A DNA stretch of 63,063 nt, filler included, from Globobulimina sp. (lineage: Eukaryota), in NCBI GenBank assembly GCA_003354225.1. It is 35 parts of 35 records of this genome, joined end to end, with 100 filler letters (N's around TTAATTAATTAA, not from the genome) between each part and the next. Parts side by side here need not be neighbours in the genome. Positions count along the whole stretch, not along the records: positions 50,538 to 52,241 come from PIVH01012919.1; positions 52,342 to 54,045 come from PIVH01012920.1; positions 54,146 to 55,849 come from PIVH01012921.1; positions 55,950 to 57,653 come from PIVH01012922.1; positions 57,754 to 59,457 come from PIVH01012923.1; positions 59,558 to 61,260 come from PIVH01012924.1; positions 61,361 to 63,063 come from PIVH01012925.1; 28 more parts are not named here. The stretch is one strand, 5' to 3'. The notes under the pieces are model-generated. The model was not told the DNA's origin, made no database searches, and was given only the letters and a program-made list of their open reading frames with translations. This document shows, piece after piece, positions 50,538 through 63,063 of this stretch. The translations under genes and the position numbers were made by a program. How positions within the stretch are numbered: the first letter of the stretch is position 1; every line of letters starts with the position of its first letter.

Positions 50538-51867
50538 GACCAGGTGGATCTATATCATTATTATTATGTGTTGCTTTTTGCAACAATGACTTTGCTAAAT
50601 AACTTACTTTTAATTTATCAACATTGAGTTTGGTTGTTTCAAATATTTTCATTAACAAACGATTCCATTTATTAATATTTAAACTTTTTAACGATTCTCC
50701 TCGTAGATAATAACAAAAACCATATAATTTATCCACTAACTCCTGCGGTGCTGTTATGTTATCATTAATATTAATATTCCATGCTGTACATAATAAATAT
50801 TGCAATGACTCCTCATTCAAAAGCAATGATAAAAAAATAATTTCTTTATAAAATAAATGAATTAAAGGTAATGTTTTCAGATTGATATTTTTTTTTGAAC
50901 ATTGTTCAGTACAAATAGTCGCAGCAACGGCACAATAATTTTCATTACATTCGCCATATCCAATATATTTGTAATCGGCACCAGTACAAATAAATACATT
51001 TTTTGTAGCATTTGATGCTAAACTTTCAATATTAATCGATTTATCCACAACAATTGATAACGGCACAAATAATTTATTTTTATCTGTATCATCAATGGCA
51101 ACGCCTATAATTACACCATCACTGCCATCACTAAGTTGCATTAATTTTAATTTATTTTCAAGCTCTGTTAACTTTAACATTTTATTATTTTCATTGTTTT
51201 CCCGCTGAATCATTCCTTTTATAATACAATTTATTCCATCATCTGTTATTTTTGTGGCACTTAAATCTATTCGATGCGGTAAAATAGAACATTTTTCAAA
51301 ATAGTTTTTTATATAAAAAGCAGCCATATCATTTATTAGATTCCGACTTAAACACAAATAGTCCACATAAATAATTGGAGATGATATCATATTTAATAAT
51401 GCAATTAAACCATGGCCTGATGATGAAAAGTTATTGTTGCTTAAAAATAATTGTAACAAAATTTGTATTTTATTATTTAAGAATGATGGTGGTTCTTCCG
51501 CACATTTTTCATTCTTTAATTTCATAAATAAATCAAATAAAATTGTTTGTAATCTTGGCGATAATAAAATTAATTGATTATCATTGATGTTACACGATTC
51601 AAAATGACATAAAACTATAATAGTTACATTATTCGCATGTATTTTATAATGAATATTACCGCAATATCGCTTTGTACATTCAATATTTAAATCTATTTGG
51701 GGTTTTATCATCTTATCCAGTACATTATTTTCATTTGACCACGCTCTAAACAAATGATTTGGTATTGCATTCATCTCAGAATTTGATGACTCTTCCACTG
51801 CTTGTTTCCAATTCCATTCATTACATTCTTTGTTACTTTTTGATTTGTGTGCCATTATTTTGTTCAA
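50538..51867 (-). CDS. Leucine-rich repeat protein, 3' partial
   Basis: LCLSRNLINDMAA, IDLSATKITDDG. Confidence 0.65.
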
Positions 51868-51925
51868 AAACTGTTTTCAAGTGAACTTGGATGGAAACTT
51901 GTTGAATATTGATTGCAAGCTTAAG

Positions 51926-52241
51926 TTATTTACATTGGTTTGCTTTGATTAAGTATTGTTGTGCTTTATCATTTTGTAATAATTTTGCATAATTATCACT
52001 CATTAATTTATATATTTGATGTTTATCTTTATAATTTTGAAAATAATCGCAATTAATTGCTTGCAAACATAATTCCTCACTTTGATTAAATTCATGTGTA
52101 TCATATAATATCTTTGCATAAATATACAAACAATCTGGCAACATTTCAAAATCTTTCATCTCTTCCTTTCTTTCAATGCATTTCTTCAAATAAATAATTG
52201 ATTCATCAAACTTTGATAAATAATACAAAATAATGTCATAA
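51926..52241 (-). CDS. TPR-like protein, 3' end
   Basis: TPR-like helical pattern. Confidence 0.55.
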
Positions 52242-52341
52242 NNNNNNNNNNNNNNNNNNNNNNNNNNNNNNNNNNNNNNNNNNNNTTAATTAATTAANNN
52301 NNNNNNNNNNNNNNNNNNNNNNNNNNNNNNNNNNNNNNNNN

Positions 52342-54045
52342 TATAATAAATACGAAATTATACGGATACGAATCCATAATATAATGAGTTAGTGTTCAAT
52401 CAAATATGATATCCATAAAAGGATGCCAATGCTGCCTCCAATATGGTTGCAAAAATACAACAAAGACTTATTAATTGAACAGTTGTTATTTGGTGGAAAT
52501 GATAATGAATTTAGTTTTGATGGATTACTGTGGAATGACCATATAATTAACAAAGTAAAACTGCTCAATCAATATATGCTTGAAAATTATGTTGCAAAGT
52601 TACAATTTGTTCCCAAGCAGCATGCACAAAATAATGATGCATGGACAAAATATATGAATGACCATAAAATACCAAAACATATTCGATTTAAAATTAATTT
52701 TTATTCCATCAGAGGCCATATACAAACAGATGATGATTGGCTTAATGATTACATCCAATCCAATTATCCCAGATTTGCTCCGCAATTCAAGCAGCATGTA
52801 CTGTTACCAATGTTTTTTGTTGATAACATAACAGATATTTCAGCAACAGTTACGCCAAATGTTTTTTATTTGTTTTTGTTTTATGTACAATTTAATGCCG
52901 CATATCTTGCCATTCTTCAACATATAGATATCATTTTATAGCCAGCCAGATTTTGATTGTGATATTAACATTGCAGATGAAGAGGGAAAAGAATCAAAAT
53001 GGAACGAGTTCATTCTTAGCAACAATGAGTCAACATATTTATGCAGTGATTTAAAACGCAATACAACCTACAAAGTAAGCGCAAAATATAAGAGTCATAC
53101 AACATTGACACAAGTCGTGTCATTTAAAACTAATTTGCCTGAACCGCCTGTGTTTGTGGTTGAACATATTGCCCATTCTTCCATGACAGTTAATGTAGTT
53201 ATATTGCATGATGCCATTCTGTTTATTAATTATATTTTTTTTATCATGCAAACAGTTATGCTTTGTATCAACATCACCATTACAATGTGATGTAGAAATT
53301 ATTGATGAACAACAAATGAATGCAGCTTGGCAACGAGTGGCAACATTTAAAAACCGAACAAATTATTTATGTGACGATTTAAAAGGCAATAACTCATATC
53401 GAATTAGAGCAAGGTATAAAGACGCATTTGTATCTTCAAATTATTCTGAAACAGCATCTTTTCATACTTTACCTGCCAAACCAAAATTTTCCATCCATAA
53501 TATTCTCCCAACATCTGCTGAAGTTGAGTTATTATATTAAAATAATTTCATTTGTCAACAACAAATTTTAACAGTTTATATTATCCAATATGTCATCATT
53601 AATGTGTTGTGTTGAAATGGCTGAGGAGAAGCGATCAGACTGGAAGCAAATAACTGCATTTTCAAAGAAAAGAAATTATGTATGTCAAAATTTAAAAAGT
53701 AACCGCTCTTACAACATTAGAGCAAAACATAAAGGCGAATCGGTAGAGTCTGATTACTCAAAACAAGTCTCGTTTACGACATTGCCAAATGCGCCATTAT
53801 GTTCAATACAAAATGTGACCGATACATCCGCCACAGTTAACTGATTATACATTTTGGTATTCTTCTTTTTCATTCATATATGACGTAATATTCAGTTAAA
53901 GTTACTGGATTCAGTTCGATTGGATTGTCAAGTTCAAATTATAGATAAAAGCAAACGACAGTCTAAGTGGACGAGTTGTGATTATTGGGGATCATTTTCC
54001 AGCGAAACGACATATTTATCCACAAATCTGAAAAATAATAACCCC
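52342..54045 (+). CDS. Fibronectin type III repeat protein, one repeat per exon, partial
   Basis: W...C.DLK.N..Y.I.A.Y...S...SF.TLP units; phase-0 introns 52849-52927, 53189-53255, 53523-53574, 53836-53895. Confidence 0.85.
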
Positions 54046-54243
54046 NNNNNNNNNNNNNNNNNNNNNNNNNNNNNNNNNNNNNNNNNNNNTTAATTAATTA
54101 ANNNNNNNNNNNNNNNNNNNNNNNNNNNNNNNNNNNNNNNNNNNNCATATTTTGTAGCACATTAAGTTTTTAATTGAGTTGAAAACCTTGATATCGTTGC
54201 TGAACGAATGAAATGGCACTGAATTATCGATTTTACTTTCTTT

Positions 54244-55537
54244 TCACTTAAATGCACTAACTCTTATACCATCCGGAATCCATTGCACCAATTGAGATTT
54301 TTCATTGTCTGTCAATAAAATAGAAGGAAATTCAGACGATGTTTCAGCATTCAATGTTTGAGAATATATTTCAAGATTAAAAAAAGTAACTTTAATACGA
54401 AATTCATATTTTGTAAATTCTTCAAACAATTCCATTTTATCAGAATCTAACTCTATTTCTCTTTCGTTTGCTTTCAAACAATGTAAAACTTTCCATTCTT
54501 TTTTAATTGTTTTGTCAGTTTCAACTTTTTTAAATTCAACATCAAATTTTAAATCTTTATTCAAATGAAATAAATCTGTCCTCCAATCTATAAAAACACT
54601 CCATCCATCAAATCGGATATCAGTTAAATTTATATCAACATCAAAAACGTTATTCATTTCCTGCACAAATTCAACAAACAAAAGTGTTTCCTTCGTGTGA
54701 TATTTCATAACCGGTTGGCTTATTAATACCATCTTTTCTTGCAAATAATAATCATATTTTAATAATTGGTGCTGTGATGTATCAATAAGCTGTGTAATTC
54801 CATATTGCTTCTCAACTAAATCTAAATGTGCATTATTTATGATTTGTGATAAGTCCATGTTAGCATTTTGCAAATATTTCAGGGCTTTTGTTGCATTTAA
54901 TTTTTGGTCAGCTGTCCTGTTTAATTTTCGTTGTTTGATTTCATTCAATTTGCTCAATGTTAAAGCTTTTTGTGTTGATAATATTTTATATAATTCTTGA
55001 TAATAATCATTAATTTGAAGGGTAATGTTTTGAGCGGATTCATTAATTTCAATCATATTCTGCTCTAATTTGGCAATATTGTTTTTAACATTTGCTATAT
55101 TTTGATTTAATTGCAATATATTTATTTTGCTCATTATTCAATACCACAATGGATGAAGTTGCAGAATAAGATGGATATTTTTGAACACCCGAACCTTTGA
55201 TATTATGTAATTTACTGATAATTAATCCAATATGCAATAATCCAATACCAATCTCCTTAAATGTGGCTCTGATGTCATCTTCTGATAATTGAAATAATGC
55301 GTTATAATCTATTTCTTCATCTTCTAATGTTTTCTGTACTTGTTCCATATGTGCTGGATGTTTAATGCATAATGATAGGAACTGTGTTAATTCATTATCA
55401 TCAGATTTACAATCATTTGATTCAAGACATAATTTAAGAATATCATTCCCTGTTTGTGGCAAGGTAACACTATCAAACAACAATGCCAACAACAAACAAG
55501 CTGACATTATCAAAAAACATTTACAACAACAATGCAT
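54244..55537 (-). CDS. SAM-like, coiled-coil and FN3-like protein (possibly followed by TLDc), frameshift near 55115
   Basis: EEIDYNALFQLSEDDI...IGI (SAM-like); heptad region; W...YEFRIKV; two overlapping ORFs joined by an indel in an AT run. Confidence 0.6.
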
Positions 55538-55971
55538 TTTTAAAATTTTTAGTACGTAAGATATAGATGAAAACCAGCTTAAATAAATCTTTCCTTCCGG
55601 TACAGGATTAAAGAATCCGAACCTAAAAATAATAAATCCAGCAACGTTGCTCCACCTGTATATGATTGACGAAACACAAAGAACATCATATATTAAGGCG
55701 GCGAGATGAATTATTTGGTTCTTATGATGATGGCTTAAGGCATCGCCATCATCACCACAACAACAAACAACCCAAAATTTGAAAAAATGGGAAAAAAATG
55801 AAGAAAAAGATGGTGGTATTGGATCACCACAAACTAAATGAAAAAAAGGNNNNNNNNNNNNNNNNNNNNNNNNNNNNNNNNNNNNNNNNNNNNTTAATTA
55901 ATTAANNNNNNNNNNNNNNNNNNNNNNNNNNNNNNNNNNNNNNNNNNNNTTACATTTCTTTTAGGTTTGCC

Positions 55972-56655
55972 ATGTCTTCACAAAGTTGGAGGACAAAGCA
56001 AGCTGAAACTGGAACACCATCGGATTTTATCAAACGTTCATGGATTGTTTGTTCCTTTGGATTTGCCGCATATGTCTCATATTGGTATATACACAATAAA
56101 CGAACGGATTTGTCATTGATTCAAAAAAAAGAATTTATTGTTTGGCCTATATTATATGCATTGCGCCAACCATTGCAATTATTTTACATTCAAAAAAAAA
56201 GAAGTGTTCCGATGCAAGAAATAATAATATATCCATTCATGTCATTTATATTTTTAATTCCAATATATTTTGCAAAGCAGAAAACATCAACGAAATTACA
56301 GTGGACTGATTATGTCGGCATTGGTTTGACCATAATTGGCCACTCCTTGGTAGTGATCAGTGAATGGCAACGAAACTTATTTAAATCAAAGGATATAAAC
56401 AAAGGCAAATTATACACCAAAGGGCTGAACTCAATAACCAGACATCCAAACTATTTGGGAGAGACAGTATTATTTACAGCTTTATCCATCTTTTCAGGTC
56501 AAACATCAATGTATTTGCTTTACCCCTTATCAATGTTAATACAATTTTATTTTGGCGCTATACCAGAGATTGAGCAGTATTTAGCTAAACGATATCCACA
56601 GCAATGGCCTCAATATCAGCAAAATGTCAAATCTCTGATTCCATTTTTATATTAA
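55972..56655 (+). CDS. DUF1295 / steroid 5-alpha-reductase-like membrane protein
   Basis: SEWQR..FK...KGKLYTKGL...RHPNYLGE...LIPFLY. Confidence 0.88.
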   Translation: MSSQSWRTKQAETGTPSDFIKRSWIVCSFGFAAYVSYWYIHNKRTDLSLIQKKEFIVWPILYALRQPLQLFYIQKKRSVPMQEIIIYPFMSFIFLIPIYFAKQKTSTKLQWTDYVGIGLTIIGHSLVVISEWQRNLFKSKDINKGKLYTKGLNSITRHPNYLGETVLFTALSIFSGQTSMYLLYPLSMLIQFYFGAIPEIEQYLAKRYPQQWPQYQQNVKSLIPFLY

Positions 56656-56843
56656 TATTAAGCATTTAAGCTCCTTTATGCATTAAAGTACGAAACTAAA
56701 ACAGTTTTAATGTCACTACAAAACCTTTCTGATTCTATGACCGCATCCATGCATGTATTTGATGATCGGAGTTGAACAAACTGTCAATGAACGCTCAATA
56801 TATTAATTCTATATACACAACTGACACAACTCAGTAACTTCGA

Positions 56844-57653
56844 TCAAAACAAGCTTTTGAACACATCCAAATCCACATTGCCTCCGCATAATATAACGCC
56901 CACATTTTTAATATTGTTCATCGCCACAAACTGTTTGAATTCATTGCTTAACAACACTGCCGGACCGACACCGGCTGATGGTTCAATCACTATTTTCATT
57001 CTCTCATAAATGTCCTTCATTCCATTCACAATCTCATCGTCGGTCACACGCATTATTTCCGTCACATAATTATAAACAATGGGAAAAGTATGCGAACCCA
57101 ACGATGTCCGCAATCCATCAGCGATAGTATTTGGTGATAATTGTGGTACAATTTCACCTTTTTGTTTGCTTTGATATGCATCATCGGCGCCCATTGGCTC
57201 ACATCCAATCACAGCAATATTTCTATCAAAATTCATTGTCGATAATGTGACTCCCGATATCATACCACCGCCGCCAACGGGCACTAAAATGCAATCAATT
57301 TGTGGGCAATCCTCAATTAACTCCATTCCTTGCGTTCCTTGGCCATATATTACATTTTCATCGTTATATGGATGGATAAATGCGCCTCCTGTCTCGGTTA
57401 TGATTCTATTCGCTGTCTCCTCTCTGGATTTCAATGTGGGTTCACAAAATGTTATATTCCCACCATAGTCTTTGACCATATTCTGTTTGATTACCGGTGC
57501 ATTATTTGGCATTATAATGTGTGCATCGCGGCCACTTAATACTGCTGCTTTGGTCAATGCAGATGCATGATTTCCAGATGAATGTGTTACTACGGATGTG
57601 ATGGACGGATCTAAAAGACTCACTGCGTTGGACGCTCCACGGAACTTAAAAAC
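56844..57653 (-). CDS. SRR: Serine racemase / threonine dehydratase family PLP enzyme, 5' partial
   Basis: FKFRGA (PLP lysine), HSSGNHA, IHPYN, GQGT, PVGGGG, TIADGL, LCGGNVD. Confidence 0.88.
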   Translation of the reverse strand, partial: VFKFRGASNAVSLLDPSITSVVTHSSGNHASALTKAAVLSGRDAHIIMPNNAPVIKQNMVKDYGGNITFCEPTLKSREETANRIITETGGAFIHPYNDENVIYGQGTQGMELIEDCPQIDCILVPVGGGGMISGVTLSTMNFDRNIAVIGCEPMGADDAYQSKQKGEIVPQLSPNTIADGLRTSLGSHTFPIVYNYVTEIMRVTDDEIVNGMKDIYERMKIVIEPSAGVGPAVLLSNEFKQFVAMNNIKNVGVILCGGNVDLDVFKSLF

Positions 57654-57753
57654 NNNNNNNNNNNNNNNNNNNNNNNNNNNNNNNNNNNNNNNNNNNNTTA
57701 ATTAATTAANNNNNNNNNNNNNNNNNNNNNNNNNNNNNNNNNNNNNNNNNNNN

Positions 57754-57949
57754 ATACAAAATCAAATTCGATACTCATTACTTGTCCTAATCTTATTTGT
57801 CAGTACGATTGCGATTGTTGAGGGCTGAAATCTGATGTGGATCTTCATAGCATCCATCCACAGGGTTCATATGATATATTGTAAGTGTTAGGAGCGCAGT
57901 TATTTGTATGAATGAGGAGAATTAAAAAGATACATGCTTGCAACGACAT
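57754..57949 (-). pseudogene. Inverted, diverged copy of the 5' end of the adjacent PT-repeat gene
   Basis: MSLQACIFLILLIHT...YEP...L*RSTSDFSPQQSQSY*QIRLGQVMSIEFDFV; TGA at 57845-57847 and 57800-57802. Confidence 0.85.
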
Positions 57950-58030
57950 GTCTGTCGTCAGTGCCGTAAAAGTCAGTAAAGAAAAAACTTACAAAACCAG
58001 ATAAATCATGATAATACTTTGTAAGTAGAT

Positions 58031-59457
58031 ATGAATAATTCATTTAAAATGATGACGGCACTTTCAAAAGCATGTTTCTTTTTAATTCTCCTCATTCATA
58101 CAACTAACGCCGCTCCTAACGCTTACACTATATCATACGAACCCAGTGGAGAGACGATATGGAGATCCACATCAGATTTCAGCCCACAACAATCGCAATC
58201 GTACGGACAAATAAGATTAGGACAAGTAATGAGCATCGAATTTGATTTTGTATATGAAGGCAGAACAGCAGGATACCCGAATGAATTTTTTCGCATTGGC
58301 GCTGATGCCAAACTCGGTCAATATTGTACTGGCCAAGAATCAAAATACCCCTCCATGTGGTTAAAATATGCTCCTGGCGCAATACTAGACATTCAATTTT
58401 CGTCCGGTCTCTCGGACTGCGCTACGAAACATTATTTAGACGACTATGGAAACCTTAATATCAATGCAGCTCACCATATTAAAATATCATTGAATAATAC
58501 AAACGTAGAAATTACAATAACTGGAGGTGGCATTGGCAAAATATCACCGTACACACAATCGTGGCCTCGCGACAGAACGCCGCAAAGTGTGCTCGGTAGC
58601 AACGTGTTTGTGTGGTGGATGGGGAATAAATATTATTCTGCAGATGGCGATTTTTATCCAGGATTAGGCACTTTCTCCAATATAGTTATAAAGACAAATA
58701 TCTTCACATTTGCACCAACGATGGCACCCAGCGCACCGTCCATGAATCCAACCAGTTCTCCCTCTATGCGTCCAACCAATAATCCAACCATCACTGGATA
58801 TTTATCTCCGACTAGGCATCCAACAACAATTCCAACACAAACTCCCAGCCATAATCCAACCGTACCGCCTACAGCCAATCCAACTGTCGAGCCAACCACA
58901 AACATACCCACATCAACCACCGCAAATCCCACTATAAATCCCACTCAAATACCAACTGCAAACCCCAGTATAGTCCCTACCATAAATCCCACTATTTTCC
59001 CAACTGCAAACCCGACGGAAATACCAAGCATAAATCCGACTATAAATCCCACTCAAATTCCTACTGCAAATCCAAGCAAAAATCCAACTGCAATATTCAC
59101 CACAAATCCGACTGATATTATAAGTACGCAATCGACGCTGTTTCCGGCAGCAGAGGCCGTGATGTTACACGGCCATTCATTTGAAATGGTGCATATTGTG
59201 ATTATTGTGGCAAGTTTTGTTGTAGTGATGGTATCGTGTTGCATATTTTGGGGCTTTCTCATATTATATCAAGCCAAAAAAGCAGAGGAAGCCGGTCCGA
59301 AATCGCCAGTTTTTGACAGTAACAAAGCAATGTTCCAAACTGAAATGGCCACTGCGAATAATGCATCGTCAGAGGCGCAGATTGTGTACGAAGACCAAGA
59401 AGAAGAGAAAAATAAAAGAGAGACGGAAGTGGAGCACGGTGAGGTTGGCCATGCGTT
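58031..59457 (+). CDS. Type I membrane protein with signal peptide, beta-rich domain, PTxx-repeat stalk and TM
   Basis: Signal peptide; (PT/PS)xx repeats at about 58710-59115; single TM. Confidence 0.85.
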
Positions 59458-59947
59458 NNNNNNNNNNNNNNNNNNNNNNNNNNNNNNNNNNNNNNNNNNN
59501 NTTAATTAATTAANNNNNNNNNNNNNNNNNNNNNNNNNNNNNNNNNNNNNNNNNNNNAATTGGGTACGTAACAAACAAACCCATTGAATTAGCGCAAATG
59601 AAATGAAATAGTGGTGATAGCTCAATGAGAGCATCTTTTTAAAGAAGATTTGGGTGCAAATCCCAATCACTACAATTTTGAATGTATTTAAAATGTCAAA
59701 AACTTTCTCAACGTTTGTCGTACTCGCAACCACGTTAACATTTATCAACAAACCGAAACTGAAAACAGCAACAAAATATTCAATTGTGTATATCAAGGAA
59801 CAACAAGAAATTGATAAAGAAACAACTTGGTATTGAGTATAGATAGTATCACCGGGAAACGATAGGTGTTTGTACAAAAAATTCAACTTTTTGTTTTTAT
59901 TTTTGGTGTAATAAAATTCAACTTTTTGTTTTAAATCCATAAATATT

Positions 59948-61260
59948 ATGAGCAATATTAAAACAATAAATATGAGAACAAACAATGTTTTTTATGTTTT
60001 GTTTTCTCAGAACATATCGATTATGGAACACAAAGAACGCAGAGAACGCAAAGAAAATCCATTACTAACAGAATTAATAAAATATGCAACAAATCCATTA
60101 CAACACATTCCAATTGTGACAATTAAAAGAAAAATATTTGAAGGAAATCCACATTGCCCAATAATACAATTTTTAGGACATCCTCAAATTTATAAAAATC
60201 AAGAAACATTAAATAATATAATTTGGACCAAATATGAATTTAATAATTGCAATGTTGAGATATGTACATTTAGACAAAAACCATCTAAACTTGTTATATT
60301 TGATTGGGTTTATGATTATATTTTAAATACAGAATTGGTTCAGCAATTTGAAAGTGTCAATATTACAGAATTAATCAAAACAATTAAAGAGGATCAATTA
60401 TATTTAATTAGATGGAGAAATAATAATACATTTCCCAAATTAGATAAATATATTTATTTAACAATGTGTTTAACTGATAAAACTGCGAGATATTACAAAT
60501 TAACTAAAAAAACAGGAATAAAAATCAATTGTAATGTATTGATGAGTTATAATAATTGGAATGTGTTGCCATTATATCAACAAATGTTTTGGTATCAATG
60601 GTGTCTTCAATTTGGAAATTTTATTAAAATACATAAATGTTTAGGTGTTCATACGTCTGGTTATTACTATCCAATGATTTTAAATCCAATCTGTAATTTT
60701 AATGTTGAGATTAATAATTTTGAATTAGTCTCAACAGAGGCACCAATATCATATCAGACAATAGCGACGTTAGCAGCACCACAAATACAATATAATTCTG
60801 AGATTAAACCTATAAAATATATGGAATTATTCAAAGAAAAAAAACCGAATGATTTTAAATCAAAATTTTATCCGTTGGTTCATAAAATGTTTTTAAATGT
60901 AATTAATGATCAATTTGCGAGGAAACTAAAAAATGAACATATTAAATTTATTAATTCTGGAAAAGGTTGTCATGACATTTCATCATCACGTATTAAATCA
61001 TATATTTTCTATAAATATTGGTATGCATCTGAAGAATATAAACGAATGAAACAATATTTTAAAAATAAAAACATTCCAATTATATTAGCTACGGAAAACT
61101 TGGCCTGTGGCCTTAGATATATCGGTGATGATTGTCCAGAATATTTGGTGAATTTATTGAATTTGTTGCAAAAAAAATGGATGAGAAATATTGATGTGGA
61201 TCAAATAGGAATTAATTATTATAAATATAATTCAAATAATAATAAGAAGGGATATAGTTT
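59948..61260 (+). CDS. Hypothetical protein, possibly entering an AlkB/2OG-Fe(II) oxygenase domain at the contig end
   Basis: PEYL..LL.LL...DQIGINYY...GYS resembles the strand before the HxD motif; HxD itself is not in the contig. Confidence 0.45.
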
Positions 61261-61360
61261 NNNNNNNNNNNNNNNNNNNNNNNNNNNNNNNNNNNNNNNN
61301 NNNNTTAATTAATTAANNNNNNNNNNNNNNNNNNNNNNNNNNNNNNNNNNNNNNNNNNNN

Positions 61361-62725
61361 TGGTTATTTTTTGGGATTTGCGGCATTGTTTCGATCGTCG
61401 CTGGCGGACCAAATACGCCTGGAAATAAATTATCTAAAATGGCAATTGGTGTGCCTGGCGGTACCATTATTGCTATTGACACGATATTATATTTTAAAAT
61501 GCCATCATTTAATGATATATATTTTATTCATAATGAAACGAAATTATTATTAAAATATAAAATCATTTTCTTAGTAAGTTTTTTAATTATAACATTAGTA
61601 TTAGATGCAAACGTATATACATCGAAATATGTATTGTTAGCAGATTGTGGTATATTGTCTTCATTTGGTTTTGCATTTATTATGTTTTATTATGTATTGA
61701 AGGTATATTAATTGTATACAATGGAAGCAGTTCGTACTTAGAAACGTAAATAACTGTTAATTGTCAAATAAGTCAGATCTGCGTACATTGCATACAAAAA
61801 CAGAGTGATAATAATTAATGTTTTTTGTTTTAAACATGTACAGAAACTTAATCTGCCGGTAAATCCTTATTACGCTCTAGCATATGCATCGAGGCAATAT
61901 ATGGAATTTGAACTCTCTCAAAGCGGGAATAGAATAATAAGGCTCAATAATGATAAAGTTTCGAATTCAAACGATAAAACCATAAAATTAAAGCAAATAT
62001 TAGAAGAAAAACATGGATTTAATATGTTTGCTAGGCATCTTTCAAAAGCATTTTGTTTAGAAAATTTGCTTTTTTTTATTGAAACTCAAGAGTTTATACA
62101 TTCGTTAAAAGAAAATGCAGCGTATAACAAAATAGTTTATAAACATGACTATGATCGAATAGTGTTTCCAGAGAATGCACCAAAATCAATGATTGTTGAA
62201 AAGGCAAAGACCGACAGTATCATTAAAATAATTAGTAAGAATAATAAGGATCAGGATGCAAATAATAAGCCTGAATTGGATGAAGTTGTTGTTTTTGACG
62301 ATAAAGGAAATATTATTCAAACTTCACAAAGAAAATATTCAGAGAAAATAAATACAGATTCATTAACCATTAAATTAGAGACATATACAAATGATATATC
62401 AGATAATACAGATTCAGCAACAATTTGTCAATATTTACAAAGTATCCGTTTGTTTAAAAAGTACATACCTCATAATTCATATTTTTGTATAAATATCGAC
62501 AGTTTGTCAAGGCGGAAATTATTTGATCAGTTTGGTTGTAATCAAAGCGATGAATATGATATGATCAATGTGTTAAAAAATAATGATATGATTAATAAAG
62601 AAACATTATTTCACATTTTTGATGATTCACGAGAGCAAATTTATGTATTTTTAAAAGTTGCATTTTCAAGGTTTAAAAAAACGAGAGATTTTCAAATATT
62701 CACACAAGAGACATCCATACAATAA
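61361..62725 (+). CDS. TM-RGS (7TM-RGS-like) protein, spliced, 5' partial
   Basis: TM helices with KMPSFNDIYFIHNETK; intron 61703-61843; GFNMFARHLSKAFCLENLLFFIE...KKYI...CINI...R...AFSRFK. Confidence 0.88.
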
Positions 62726-63063
62726 CTTTATTTTGTTGTGTTTGTATTTGATTTATTTTTGTGTGTTAATAATTGTTGTACGTATTTTAGTTTTTTGTTG
62801 TATTAATAATTGTTGTTTTTGTTTTTGTTTTTGTTTCTTGTTTGTTGTGAGTATTCTTGTTTTTGTTCATATTTTGTTTTAATCTGTCTATATTTCTCCT
62901 GTACTAGTATCCAATGCTTTAATATTGTGTTTTATTGTTTTACTAAAGCATTGTTATGTACTTTGAGCGGAATATATGGCAGTACGTAGCGTAAAATTTT
63001 CTTAATTCGAATTAGGGAACTACAAGCTTTCAAATTCAACAATGGAGAATGTGAAAAGCAAGG

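Noticed and set aside
56759-56824. Box C/D snoRNA (TGATGA...CTGA)
   Set aside because: Weak terminal stem and no rRNA-complementary guide recognised; lies between convergent 3' ends.
19911-57847. TGA reassignment to Gly or Trp
   Set aside because: In-frame TGAs align to both Gly and Trp, two of the three genes carry multiple lesions, and intact genes (glyoxalase, HCNGP, desaturase, racemase) end in TGA.
58654-59262. Gly/Val-rich minus-strand ORFs
   Set aside because: Antisense of the PT-repeat stalk.
1707-61360. Regularly spaced TTAATTAATTAA as a CRISPR-like or biological repeat
   Set aside because: Embedded in fixed N runs; it is an assembly linker. ORFs ending in X..N or LIN are artefacts of it.
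1-63063. Operon or gene-cluster interpretation of neighbouring genes
   Set aside because: Contigs are size-sorted and unlinked; only within-contig adjacency is meaningful.

Overview
This is not a continuous locus. It is a concatenation of 35 unrelated contigs of about 1.7 kb (1706 bp shrinking to 1703 bp, so size-sorted), joined by 100-bp spacers (44N-TTAATTAATTAA-44N). Gene order across spacers is therefore meaningless. Most contigs come from an AT-rich, intron-containing protist. The gene repertoire (7TM-RGS, class C GPCR, PT-repeat surface proteins, ART-like family, mostly 50-80 nt introns) suggests a foraminiferan or other rhizarian, which is inference. One contig is bacterial (IS1182 transposase), one looks nematode (two chemoreceptor genes), and at least one contig appears chimeric. 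Signals missed by the ORF track include: (1) a eukaryotic SRP (7SL) RNA gene with an apparently minimal Alu domain, tail-to-tail with a prokaryote/phage-type LAGLIDADG endonuclease ORF; (2) a LasB/vibriolysin-like M4 metalloprotease split by spliceosomal introns, one inside HEXXH; (3) a toxin-type (STT...ExE) ADP-ribosyltransferase-like gene; (4) an intron-bearing bacterial-type glyoxalase-like gene; (5) frequent AAG splice acceptors; (6) an intronless fumarase running off the window edge. All family calls come from motif recognition by eye; no database search was run.
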